Of a DNA stretch of 64,000 bases, positions 51,321-60,125 are shown piece by piece; positions within the stretch are counted from its first letter, which is position 1, and every line of letters starts with the position of its first letter. The stretch lies in assembly GCA_016208085.1 (NCBI GenBank), contig JACQYT010000080.1, forward strand, positions 56,514 to 120,513, given 5' to 3'. The notes beneath the pieces were generated by a model. That model was not told the DNA's origin, made no database searches, and was given only the letters and a program-made list of their open reading frames with translations. A program made the position numbers and the translations under genes. This DNA comes from Elusimicrobiota bacterium. GTDB lineage: Bacteria; Elusimicrobiota; Elusimicrobia; Elusimicrobiales; UBA9959.

Positions 51321-52757
51321 TCAGTTCTGCCAGACCTTGTCGGTCCAGACCATAAACTCGTCCCACTGCGAGGTCTGCGACAGCTCAAGGTCGGAATACT
51401 TCGTCTCGTAGATATCGGCCAGTTGCGGCGGGGGTTTCTTTATTTTCATGGTCATGTTTATCGCGATGCCGCCGACCCTGGAATAGTCGTAGCCGTTCTC
51501 GGAGTCCGCGTTGAGGCCGACGCTCCTGAAGACCAGCCCGGACTTTATGAAGCCCATAAGCTCTTCAGCCGCCTGTCTGGCCGCCCGGGACGCGGCGTTG
51601 GCGCCCGTTATTGCGGCGAAATCATACAGGTCTACGTAGGGCGCCAGCATTTTTTTCTTGTCGTTCTTCGGGTCCAGGCTTGAGAACCTGACGGCTTTTT
51701 CAATGGCGATCTTGACCGCCCCGGTCTCATTGTTTTCCATGACCGCGCCGGCGAAAGCGTTAAGATACCCCGGCAGCTCATTCAAAGCCTGGGGCCTCAC
51801 CGTGGACATCGTAGCGGTTATTGAGCCCAGCGGGATGTGTATGGGGCCCACCGGCGCGCCTTCGGAGAAGAACTGCTTCTGCCAGTTGATGAAAAAATCG
51901 CTTATCCGTTCGTTCGTCGCGGCGGGCTCGGTGTTCATGAAGCCGAGCAGCTTCTGGTAATCAAAGCCGTAGGCCAGCATGCTCTCTTCGGAGGCGACTA
52001 TAAGCCCGGCGTTGTCTCTGACCTCGTAGGCCACTTCCGCCATCTGCATCAGGCAGGCATTCATCACGAACACATCCATGTAGCCGGAGGCCCGCAGGAT
52101 CTCGCCGAGCTGCTTCGTGCGCACGTAATTCTTGGTTTCGTCGTCAAAAAGTATGCCCTTGTTCCCGCCTGTGCCGGTGCCGGCGGAATGGTTCTGAAGG
52201 TTCGGGTCTATCCAGCCGAGCCCGTGGTTCCACAGGATGAGCATGTACTTTTTGGCCGGGAAATTGGTCTTGGCCCATTTGGCGAACTCTATAACCCGTT
52301 TATAATCGCCCATGTCGGCGTTCGGGTCCTGGCTGTAGACGGTCTCGCCGTTTGAAAGCAGGCTTTTTTTGCCTACAAGCAGCCGCTTGGCGCCTTTGCC
52401 CGCGGTACCGTAATCCACGACGACATTGACCTTATCGGTGGTGCCGACCTTCTTCATCTCGGCCAGGTCTTTCTCGGCCCATTTGCCCGCGAGGCCGAAA
52501 AGGGCGCTGTCGGCCAGATCGTTCTTGGCGTTCATAAAGACCATGACGGTCCATTCTTTAGCGGCGGCGGGTTTGGCCGGTTCGTCGGGCTTTATCCAGT
52601 CCAGGATGCCCTTCTGTCCACCTAAGGCGGACGAATTTTGAATATCTTCGGCATTAAGGGAGTTCAGGTTGAAGGGTTCTCCGGCTTTAAGGGATAAGGC
52701 GTTAAAAAATAAAAAGGACGCGGTAAACAGGGCGAGTCCGGCGGCTGTTTTCTTCAT
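51321..52757 (-). CDS. Secreted clostripain-family (peptidase C11) cysteine protease
   Basis: Signal peptide MKKTAAGLALFTASFLFFNALSL after a GGAGGGA RBS. WTVMVFMNAKNDL, the catalytic His in ILWNHGLGW, and the catalytic Cys in VFVMNACLM. The start is trimmed by 105 codons. Confidence 0.85.
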   Translation of the reverse strand: MKKTAAGLALFTASFLFFNALSLKAGEPFNLNSLNAEDIQNSSALGGQKGILDWIKPDEPAKPAAAKEWTVMVFMNAKNDLADSALFGLAGKWAEKDLAEMKKVGTTDKVNVVVDYGTAGKGAKRLLVGKKSLLSNGETVYSQDPNADMGDYKRVIEFAKWAKTNFPAKKYMLILWNHGLGWIDPNLQNHSAGTGTGGNKGILFDDETKNYVRTKQLGEILRASGYMDVFVMNACLMQMAEVAYEVRDNAGLIVASEESMLAYGFDYQKLLGFMNTEPAATNERISDFFINWQKQFFSEGAPVGPIHIPLGSITATMSTVRPQALNELPGYLNAFAGAVMENNETGAVKIAIEKAVRFSSLDPKNDKKKMLAPYVDLYDFAAITGANAASRAARQAAEELMGFIKSGLVFRSVGLNADSENGYDYSRVGGIAINMTMKIKKPPPQLADIYETKYSDLELSQTSQWDEFMVWTDKVWQN

Positions 52758-53094
52758 TAATCCCTCCGTAACAATATAAATCAATATATACATGATAGTA
52801 AGTATTTGTCCGTTCCGTAAGGGGCCTGCGGCCCAGAGGGGGGAAGAATTTAGGCCTATACGGGGATAGGCCCTTTTGTCACTCCCGGTTGCTCGGCGCC
52901 ATAAGAAGATATAATGCCAAAAAAACGCGAGGCGCAAAAAATTGCCGGTTCCGGGTTCAGGAAAAGTGGTTCCGTCTACCGCCTTGCCTCTCATGGCGCG
53001 CGCCGGTAAAAAAATAAAGTATAATGATAGCTGAATTTTATGGCTAAAGAGCGCATCCTTATAGCCGGTCAATACGAACGATCTTTATAAATTA

Positions 53095-53277
53095 GTGGAA
53101 GGCGTGGATAACACAGGCCTGTCAAAGGCGCTTGATATTCTTTTGAACCGGTTAAGGAAGGCTCTCCCCAACGAGGTATCAAAAAATATTATAAATGTTA
53201 AAAATTTCGGTTATGTGTATATTTCCGCCGGTTCCAGCGAGCCTCCCGCAGAACACCAGCCTGAAAAACTCAACTGA
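53095..53277 (+). pseudogene. Possible remnant of an OmpR-type response-regulator C-terminal (winged-helix) domain
   Basis: LDILLNRLRKALPNEVSKNIINVKNFGYVY resembles the trans_reg_C pattern VDVHI.RLRKKL....I.TVRG.GY. Only 60 codons remain, with no receiver domain. Confidence 0.3.
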
Positions 53278-53313
53278 ATTTCTGTAAATATTCGGTGAAC
53301 CCATCATTTGCTC

Positions 53314-53458
53314 CTGTAGTGGCAAAGCTTGCTTTGCCTCTTTTCCCTGTAGCGGTCGCATTTATGCGACCTGTTCACTCCAATTGTGTCGCTTTGCTCC
53401 ACCCTTTCCTGGCGGATAAATCCGCCCGCTACAGGCAGAGCAAGCTCTGCGACTACAT
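53314..53458. repeat. Nested REP/REPIN-like cluster: four ~25-bp GTAG-headed hairpin units in the order A, B, B-inverted, A-inverted
   Basis: A is 53314..53338, CTGTAGTGGCAAAGCTTGCTTTGCC. B is 53347..53371, CTGTAGCGGTCGCATTTATGCGACC. B' is 53411..53434 and A' is 53435..53458. By hand alignment A/A' match 20 of 24 and B/B' 20 of 24. The outer 8-bp inverted repeat is GTGAACCC / GGGTTCAC at 53295..53302 and 53488..53495. Confidence 0.8.
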
Positions 53459-53589
53459 ACCGGGCGGAGAACCCACGAAGGATACACGGGTTCACTGAAA
53501 GTTTACGAATTTTTCGGGTTGGTTTTCCCCAATTGCCTCTTGGAGCCGTGCCGGCCGGGCAACTCATTTGCCCGTTAAAACAGTAAACA

Positions 53590-56500
53590 ATGAACGGAGA
53601 CGGCAGGCCGGAGATGCTGGGGGGTACTACTTCCGGCAACCAGATACAGGCCTTTGACCGTTTTGCCAGGTGGGTCTGGAGATACATACTGGGCAGTCAT
53701 GCTATCTCCACACCGGCGGTTGAACGGCTGACGGCTGACGGAACTCCTGCGGTGTTTGCAGGCAGTTTTGACAGGTATTTACGTTCCATTGACGGGAAAA
53801 CCGGGGTTTTGAACTGGGCATTCCCCGCTTATAACTGGATCTGGTCCTCTCCCGCTGTGGCGGATCTGGATGGCGATGGAGGCAAAGAAGTGGTGTTTGC
53901 GTCAGATACAGGCGCGCCGAACTTATACGTATTAAACGCATCTCAGGGGGCCCTGAAATGGAGCGCGTCCATCGGAGGTTCAGCGCGGGCTTCCGCAGGC
54001 ATTGCGGATTTGAATTCCGACGGCATCAAAGAGGTATTGATCGGCTCGGCCGGCGGCGCTTTCTATTGCCTGAACGGCAAGACAGGAGCGGTTCAATGGA
54101 CCTTCCAGACAGGCGGCGAAATCGTTTCCTCGGCTGCTATCGGAGACCTGGACGGAGACGGGGATTTGGAGGTGGTATTCGGTTCTACCGACGGTTTCCT
54201 CTACGTTCTGGATGGAAAAGGCGTTTTGCTTTGGAAGACGAACCTTGGGAGCCCGGTTTACTCTTCACCGGCTCTGGCCCGGCGGGGCAGCGATACGAGA
54301 CTGGATATCTATATAACCACCCTGGCCGGGAGACTGGCTATTTTGAGGGGAACTGACGGGTTCCTGCTGGGAGGATTTCAGGTGGATGCCCAGGTGGTGT
54401 CCTCGCCTGTCGTAGCAGACATAGACGGAGACGGAAAACTGGAGATATTCTTCCATGACCGCAAAGGGGACACCAACTCTGTAATGTCGGGCGACAGGTT
54501 CTGGGCGGTCCGGGACGTAAATTCCTCGGTTTCTCCGTATGCGCGGGAATGGCCCATGTTCAGGCGGGATTCAGCACATACCGGCGTCTATCCTTTGCCT
54601 GATTCGCCTCCGGCAAAAGTCACCGGTCTTTCAGTGAACGCTCCGGCCGAGGGCGGCAGGCTTGAACTTCTCTGGACCGCGAATGCCGAGCCCGACATCG
54701 CTTCGTACAGAATCTACCGGAACGGGGAATTTAAAATTCAATTAAGCTCCTTATCATACACGGACACGGGGCTTGTCGATGGAACGACCTGCACCTATCA
54801 GGTCGGCGCCGTTGACAGGTCGGGCAATGAAGGGCCGAAGTCCGATTCGGTATCCGGCATGCCAAAGGACCGATTAGCGCCTGTTTCAAGGATCGTGTCG
54901 CCTTCAGACGGGACAAAACTTTCCGCTGCAAGCGTGACTATTTCCGGCACAGCCCGGGATAACGGCGTTGCAGGGGTAAAAAAGGTTGAAATCCGCATAT
55001 TTGATTTACAGGAGGGCGCCACGTGGTTTTTGGCATCTGAAACATCTGCCATATTTAATTTTGAAATGACTGGTTTAAAGGATAACCGCACGTATCAGAT
55101 TGATTCAAGGGCTGAGGATTGGGAAGGCAACCGGGAACAGACGCCTGTTGAGGTTCAGTTCAATGTGATTCTGCCCCCGCTCGCAATAACCGGGCTTACA
55201 GCAATCGTACATGCAACCGGCAATTCAGCAACACTTAGCTGGAACCCTGTGTCTGAAGCGGATATTGCAGGATATAGAATTTATTCCGGAGACGGGAATT
55301 TAATTGCAACAATTTCGACAACAACTTTTGAATTGACAAACCTGACCTATGGCGCCGGCTATACTTATTATGTAAGCGCCGTGGATGCAACCGGACTGGA
55401 AAGCCCGCGAGCCGGTGTTTCATTTACAACGCCTGTGAACGGTTCAGCCAGGGCCGTTATAGGGGTACCTAAAGACGGCAAAAAAATCTGGGGCAATGCA
55501 GTGACCATTAAGGCTGACGCTACGGATTCCGCTTCCAAAGTTCAGTTCCAGTGCCGGAAGGAAGGAGAAGCTGTTTACACAGACATCTCGTCCGCCGACT
55601 CAAACGCGCCGTATGCCGTTTATTGGAATGTGAGCGATGCCCGGATCAGCACCGGCACTTACTATCTGAGAGCGGTGGCTTTTGACTCAGACGGCCTGCC
55701 GGATTTGTCTCCTCCCGAGATTCGCGTACTCGTGGATGACGCAAATGCGGACATTGTGGAAGACGGAAACCCGGAAGTGGATCCAAATGCGCAGCACAGG
55801 AAGATGGAAAAACTCATCTCAGACAATAACGCGCAGAAAATCGAGACTCTGGACGGCACGAATATTGTCATTCCGCCGGGAGCAGTGCCGGAAGGCGAAC
55901 AAATCCAGATCCAGGTTGTCGGCAATGTTGAAGCCTCTCTTCAAGCCGGCGGCAAGATTTTAAAACCTGCGGGCGTATTCCGCAGGTTTACGTTCATCAG
56001 CGGCGCCACGCAATTCAAAGGGAAACTGACTCTAACCCTTCCTGTGCCCGACGGGAATGGAGACGGCATTGTGGACGGGACGGACATCAAGATAAGCTTG
56101 CTGAAGGTTTATTTCTTTTCAGAATCCAAAGGAGAATGGGTTGCCGTGGAATCTTTGAATTCAAATACTCCGGCGCCTTTGTCGGCTGTCGTAACTTCGG
56201 CATCTCCTGCGCAGAATCAGAAATCTGTTTCCGTTCAGGTGGATCACTTTACGCTTTTCGGTCTGTTCCAGGAACAGCTGGTTTCGGAGGAGTTGCGGTT
56301 AGGCGAGCTGTATGTCTACCCGAACCCGGTCCGGGGCAATGACCGGCCGACTTTGCATATAGAAGCCGGAAAGGCGGACCGGCTGGAAATCCGGATTCAT
56401 GACCTTGCAGGGGATCTGATTCACTCCATAGACATAAATTCTCTTCCTTCCATTGTAGATGGTAAGTATGTCTACAGATATCAATGGGACACAGCCGGCG

Positions 56501-56592
56501 TTCCCAGCGGAATATACATCTTCCTGGTGAAGGCTGTCAAAGCCGGCCAGGGAAGCGTGAAAGGAAAAGGCAAGATAGCCTTGATTAAATAA
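53590..56592 (+). CDS. PQQ/FG-GAP beta-propeller + FN3/Ig surface protein with a T9SS-type C-terminal domain; it lacks a signal peptide and is probably 5'-truncated
   Basis: ADLDGDGGKEVVF, ADLNSDGIKEVLI, GDLDGDGDLEVVF and ADIDGDGKLEIFF, with BamB-like G..KW strands. FN3 modules are present. The segment AVIGVPKDGKKIWGNAVTIKADA... is paralogous to 24650..24990 of the giant gene. The C-terminal tail is VYPNPVRGNDRPTLHI...GIYIFLVKAVKAG...GKIALIK. Confidence 0.75.
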   Translation: MNGDGRPEMLGGTTSGNQIQAFDRFARWVWRYILGSHAISTPAVERLTADGTPAVFAGSFDRYLRSIDGKTGVLNWAFPAYNWIWSSPAVADLDGDGGKEVVFASDTGAPNLYVLNASQGALKWSASIGGSARASAGIADLNSDGIKEVLIGSAGGAFYCLNGKTGAVQWTFQTGGEIVSSAAIGDLDGDGDLEVVFGSTDGFLYVLDGKGVLLWKTNLGSPVYSSPALARRGSDTRLDIYITTLAGRLAILRGTDGFLLGGFQVDAQVVSSPVVADIDGDGKLEIFFHDRKGDTNSVMSGDRFWAVRDVNSSVSPYAREWPMFRRDSAHTGVYPLPDSPPAKVTGLSVNAPAEGGRLELLWTANAEPDIASYRIYRNGEFKIQLSSLSYTDTGLVDGTTCTYQVGAVDRSGNEGPKSDSVSGMPKDRLAPVSRIVSPSDGTKLSAASVTISGTARDNGVAGVKKVEIRIFDLQEGATWFLASETSAIFNFEMTGLKDNRTYQIDSRAEDWEGNREQTPVEVQFNVILPPLAITGLTAIVHATGNSATLSWNPVSEADIAGYRIYSGDGNLIATISTTTFELTNLTYGAGYTYYVSAVDATGLESPRAGVSFTTPVNGSARAVIGVPKDGKKIWGNAVTIKADATDSASKVQFQCRKEGEAVYTDISSADSNAPYAVYWNVSDARISTGTYYLRAVAFDSDGLPDLSPPEIRVLVDDANADIVEDGNPEVDPNAQHRKMEKLISDNNAQKIETLDGTNIVIPPGAVPEGEQIQIQVVGNVEASLQAGGKILKPAGVFRRFTFISGATQFKGKLTLTLPVPDGNGDGIVDGTDIKISLLKVYFFSESKGEWVAVESLNSNTPAPLSAVVTSASPAQNQKSVSVQVDHFTLFGLFQEQLVSEELRLGELYVYPNPVRGNDRPTLHIEAGKADRLEIRIHDLAGDLIHSIDINSLPSIVDGKYVYRYQWDTAGVPSGIYIFLVKAVKAGQGSVKGKGKIALIK

Positions 56593-56675
56593 TTGTTCTT
56601 TGTTTTCTCCTTGACCCGCCGCTTTCATCGGTAAATCCCGCATTATTTACGAGAGCAAACCCGGAAGCCCCCCGA

Positions 56676-56895
56676 CTGTAGCGGCAGAGTTTACTAAAAA
56701 TTTTTGCGGCAAAAATTTTTATAATGCCCCGACCTTTGGTCGGGGTAACCTTAGGGCAAGAGGGAGTTTGAGGGAGAAAGAAATTTCTCCCTCATCCCCG
56801 GCAAGGTGTTGAAGAAAACCCCGTGCCGGGTACGATAAAATGTTGCTTCAACATTTTATTCTGTCCAAAAAGGCAAGGCAAGCTTTGCCGCTACA
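56676..56895. repeat. 220-bp array of six different short hairpins bracketed by inverted GTAG-headed units (CTGTAGCGG ... CCGCTACA)
   Basis: Contains the two-hairpin element 56696..56753 and GAGGGAGAAA-GAAA-TTTCTCCCTC (56771..56794). It also holds a CCCGGCA..TGCCGGG hairpin, AAAATGTTG-CTT-CAACATTTT (56837..56857), and unit A in inverted orientation (56872..56895, 22 of 25 matches to 53314..53338). Confidence 0.8.
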
Positions 56896-56934
56896 ATGTA
56901 TAATATTAAGTACGATTTCGCGGACGGAGGATTT

Positions 56935-58896
56935 ATGGACAAGGAAGCGCCTGTTTTTGACTATACTGCTGAAAATATCGGAACCCTGGCCGGCAAAGCT
57001 ATCGCCGATTTTGAAGCGGACGTTAAAAATCTGGCGGACCTGCCCGGAGAAAAACGCACTTTTGCCAACACCGTGCTGGCTTTTGAGCGCGCGGTCGGGA
57101 ATTTGAGCGAAGCGGTCAATATCCCCGTAATTTTAGCCTATGTCTCGGACAACGCCGAAGTGCGCAAGGCCGCCCAGGAGCTTGAACTCAAGATCAACCA
57201 GTACTCGGTGGACATCTACACCAGAGAAGATATATTCAACGCTTTGACCGGATACGCCGCGAAAAACGAAAAACTGGGCGAAGTGGAAAGCCGGCTGCTG
57301 GCCAAAACCCTGCTTGACTTCAAAAAAAACGGGCTGGGTCTGGAACCCCGCAAAAAAAACAAGGTAAAAAAACTGCTTAAAGCGCTTGTTGAATTGGAAC
57401 TTCAGTTTTCCAAAAATCTGCGCGAAGTGACCGACAGCGTTGAAGTGACGGAGGAAGAGCTTAAAGGCCTGCCGCAGGATTACATCGAGCGGCTCAAGAA
57501 GACCCCGGACGGGAAATATACGGTTACGATGAACTATCCCGATTATATTCCGTTCATGGACAACGCCGAATCGGACGGGGCGCGCAAGCGGCTTGAGGCC
57601 GTCTTCAACAACCGCTGCGCGGCCCAGAATTTGAAGCTGATGGAAGACGCCATAGCCCTGCGGCGCAAAACAGCGAAACTCATCGGCTATCCGAATTTTG
57701 CCGATTACATGCTGGACGACCGCATGGCCAAAAACAGCGCCACCGTCATGGATTTCCTGGGGCGAACCTGGGCCAAACTCAAAAAGAAGGGCCGCAAGGA
57801 GCTTCGCCAGAGGGCAAAGCTTAAAAACAAAAAAACCGGCGGCGCCGACATTACGCTGAACGCCTGGGAGTGGCGCTATTACAACAATCAGCTCAAAAAA
57901 GAGAAGTACGCGCTGGACCACGAGAAGATAAAGGAATATTTTCCGCTTGAGACCGTCATCGGCGGGATGTTCGGCATTTTCGGGCGCGTGCTCGCCGTAA
58001 AGTTCGAGCCGGCGGATCTGAGCGTCTGGCACAAGGACGTGCGCGCCTTTTCGGTCAGGAATGCGGACGGCTCCCTGGCGGCTTATTTCTACTTTGACCT
58101 ATTCCCGCGCGACGGCAAGTACAAGCACGCGGCCTGCTTCGCCTTGCGCCGCGGGCGCGAACTGAGCGACGGCTCCTATGCGCTGCCCGCAGCGGCCATC
58201 GTGGCCAATTTTCCCGGCCCTTCCGGGGGCGCGCCGTCGCTGATGAAATTCGACGATGTGGTTACGCTTTTCCATGAATTCGGCCACGTGACGCACCAGC
58301 TTCTTACAAAGGCCAAATACTGCAAATTCTCCGGCACCAGCGTCTCCCGGGACTTCGTGGAAGTGCCGTCCAAAATATTCGAGAACTGGGCTTATTACGG
58401 AGAGGTCCTGAAGGCTGTTTCCGGGCATTACAAAAACCCGGCCGAGAAGCTGCCGGACAAACTGATAAAGAAACTTATAGACACTAAAAATATGGATTCC
58501 GGGCTGGTTTACCTGCGGCAGCTCTTCTTCAGCCTGCTGGATATGAAATACCACATGGCCAAAGGCAAGGCGGACACCACCAGGCTTTATGGGAAGATGA
58601 TGAAGAAAATCTCCCTTATTCCGATGAGCGAGGGCACCCATCCGCAGGCAAGCTTCGGTCACCTGATGGGCGGCTATGAGGCCGGCTATTACAGCTACCT
58701 GTGGTCCGAAGTGATAGCGGCGGATCTCTTTTCTGTCTTTCAGGAAAAAGGCGTTATGGACCCGGAAACCGGCGCCCGCTACCGGGAACTGATACTGGCG
58801 CCCGGCCGGAGCTATGACGAGGCGGGGCAAGTGGAGAAATTCCTCGGCCGAGCGTCGGCTGAAGACGCGTTTTTAAAAAGCATAGGCGCGGCGTAA
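56935..58896 (+). CDS. M3-family zinc metallopeptidase (thimet oligopeptidase / Dcp-like)
   Basis: HEFGH zinc motif in TLFHEFGHVTHQLL, and downstream EVPSKIFENW. The start is set at the ATG behind a GGACGGAGGA RBS; the alternative start is 56896. Confidence 0.85.
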   Translation: MDKEAPVFDYTAENIGTLAGKAIADFEADVKNLADLPGEKRTFANTVLAFERAVGNLSEAVNIPVILAYVSDNAEVRKAAQELELKINQYSVDIYTREDIFNALTGYAAKNEKLGEVESRLLAKTLLDFKKNGLGLEPRKKNKVKKLLKALVELELQFSKNLREVTDSVEVTEEELKGLPQDYIERLKKTPDGKYTVTMNYPDYIPFMDNAESDGARKRLEAVFNNRCAAQNLKLMEDAIALRRKTAKLIGYPNFADYMLDDRMAKNSATVMDFLGRTWAKLKKKGRKELRQRAKLKNKKTGGADITLNAWEWRYYNNQLKKEKYALDHEKIKEYFPLETVIGGMFGIFGRVLAVKFEPADLSVWHKDVRAFSVRNADGSLAAYFYFDLFPRDGKYKHAACFALRRGRELSDGSYALPAAAIVANFPGPSGGAPSLMKFDDVVTLFHEFGHVTHQLLTKAKYCKFSGTSVSRDFVEVPSKIFENWAYYGEVLKAVSGHYKNPAEKLPDKLIKKLIDTKNMDSGLVYLRQLFFSLLDMKYHMAKGKADTTRLYGKMMKKISLIPMSEGTHPQASFGHLMGGYEAGYYSYLWSEVIAADLFSVFQEKGVMDPETGARYRELILAPGRSYDEAGQVEKFLGRASAEDAFLKSIGAA

Positions 58897-58908
58897 GGGC
58901 GCCGCGCC

Positions 58909-59050
58909 CGCCATAAGCCGTATGCTTTAGGCCATAGGCAGAAAGGCTGCCATAAGCTTTAAGCCGTAAGCCATAAGCTTTATTAAGAAAGGTTCTTTAC
59001 GGCTTAAGATATCGGTTTCTGCGTATGGCATATGGCATATTGCCTACGGC
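58909..59050. repeat. Imperfect palindrome built from GCCATAAGC / TTAAGCCGTAAG words
   Basis: The left arm GGCCATAGGCAGAAAGGC...TTTAAGCCGTAAGCC pairs with the right arm TTTACGGCTTAAG...GGTTTCTGCGTATGGC. It is preceded by the GC-rich hairpin GGCGCGGCG-TAAGGG-CGCCGCGCC, which spans the M3 stop codon (58885..58908). Confidence 0.7.
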
Positions 59051-59071
59051 AAAAAAGACGAAGTCTTTTTT
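59051..59071. terminator. A/T-flanked hairpin AAAAAAGAC-GAA-GTCTTTTTT
   Basis: 9-bp stem with symmetric A and T runs, 3 nt before the next start codon. Confidence 0.4.
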
Positions 59072-59074
59072 ATT

Positions 59075-60121
59075 ATGAAAACCAAATTATCCATACTTAT
59101 CGGCCTGCTGGTGAGCGCGGCGCTCCTCTATTTCGCTTTCAGGAACGTGGATTTCAGAAAACTCTGCGTTATCTACGGCGGCGTGAATAATATTTTTATC
59201 ATCCCCATAGCGGCGGTGATCATGCTGGAGCTTTTTTTGAGGGGGTTGAGATGGAAGCTGTTGCTTGATCCGGGCGCGCGGCACCCCTTCCGGGGGATTA
59301 AGCCACAGGTGGACACCGCACTAGCGGTTTCCCCTGCGGTGCGGGTCTGGGACGCGTTCCGCCTTGAGACCGCCGGCCTTGCTTTGAATAATATCCTGCC
59401 CCTGCGCCTCGGCGAGATAATGAGGGGCACTTCCGGGGCGGGATTCTTTCAGATCCCGATGATGACGGTTTTTGCGACCATCCTGGTGGAGCGCGCGCTG
59501 GATACCATCGTGCTTTTCGCCCTGTTCGCGGCGGCGGCCGGGCTGGGCGGCGTCACGGGCGGGCTCGGCGCCTATAGCGGATATTTCTGGACCCTTCTGG
59601 GAGGCCTGGCGGCCGTCATAGCCGCGCTGATCTTTATAGACGAGATAACGGCCCAGCGCTTTTTTTCCGGTTTTTTCGGGAAATTTCCGCGCGTTAAAAA
59701 AGGCCTTGCCAATCTCGCGCTGGGCATAAAGGCTTTTCATTCTTTTAAGACCGGCTGCGCCGTTATCGCCCTTGCAATCCTGCAGTGGCTTCTGGACGCC
59801 CTCAACTTTTACCTGGTGGCCCTGGCTTTCGGCATAGAGGGCGTCATAAACCTGTATAAATGCGTTGTTGTGCTGTTCACCACGGCGATGGCGGCTTCAA
59901 TACCGGGAGTGCCGGGCTATTTCGGCAATTTTGAGTTCGCGGTAGCCAGGGTGTTGAATACCTGGGGAGTGGCGGACGAAGTCGGCTTCGCCTTTGCCGC
60001 CTATATCCATATGCTTACGTATCTGATAGTAACGGTTCTCGGCCTGATATTCGTCTATCAAATGGGCCAGTCGCTCGGCAAGGTGTGGGCGCAGTTCCGC
60101 GGGAAAACAGCGGTGCGGTAA
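59075..60121 (+). CDS. Lysylphosphatidylglycerol-synthase-TM-like / UPF0104 flippase-like membrane protein
   Basis: 8 predicted TM helices and a conserved LRGLRWKLLL ... NNILPLRLGE pattern. Confidence 0.65.
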   Translation: MKTKLSILIGLLVSAALLYFAFRNVDFRKLCVIYGGVNNIFIIPIAAVIMLELFLRGLRWKLLLDPGARHPFRGIKPQVDTALAVSPAVRVWDAFRLETAGLALNNILPLRLGEIMRGTSGAGFFQIPMMTVFATILVERALDTIVLFALFAAAAGLGGVTGGLGAYSGYFWTLLGGLAAVIAALIFIDEITAQRFFSGFFGKFPRVKKGLANLALGIKAFHSFKTGCAVIALAILQWLLDALNFYLVALAFGIEGVINLYKCVVVLFTTAMAASIPGVPGYFGNFEFAVARVLNTWGVADEVGFAFAAYIHMLTYLIVTVLGLIFVYQMGQSLGKVWAQFRGKTAVR

Positions 60122-60125
60122 GGAA

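Noticed and set aside
51321-53072. Full 583-aa version of the clostripain-like ORF
   Set aside because: The first 105 codons lack homology-like features. A Met with a strong RBS (GGAGGGA) and a typical signal peptide lies at 52757, so the upstream part is treated as non-coding.
53314-56895. Possible CRISPR array, given the many short palindromic repeats
   Set aside because: The units differ in sequence, are irregularly spaced, occur in both orientations and have no uniform spacers. No cas genes are present in the window.
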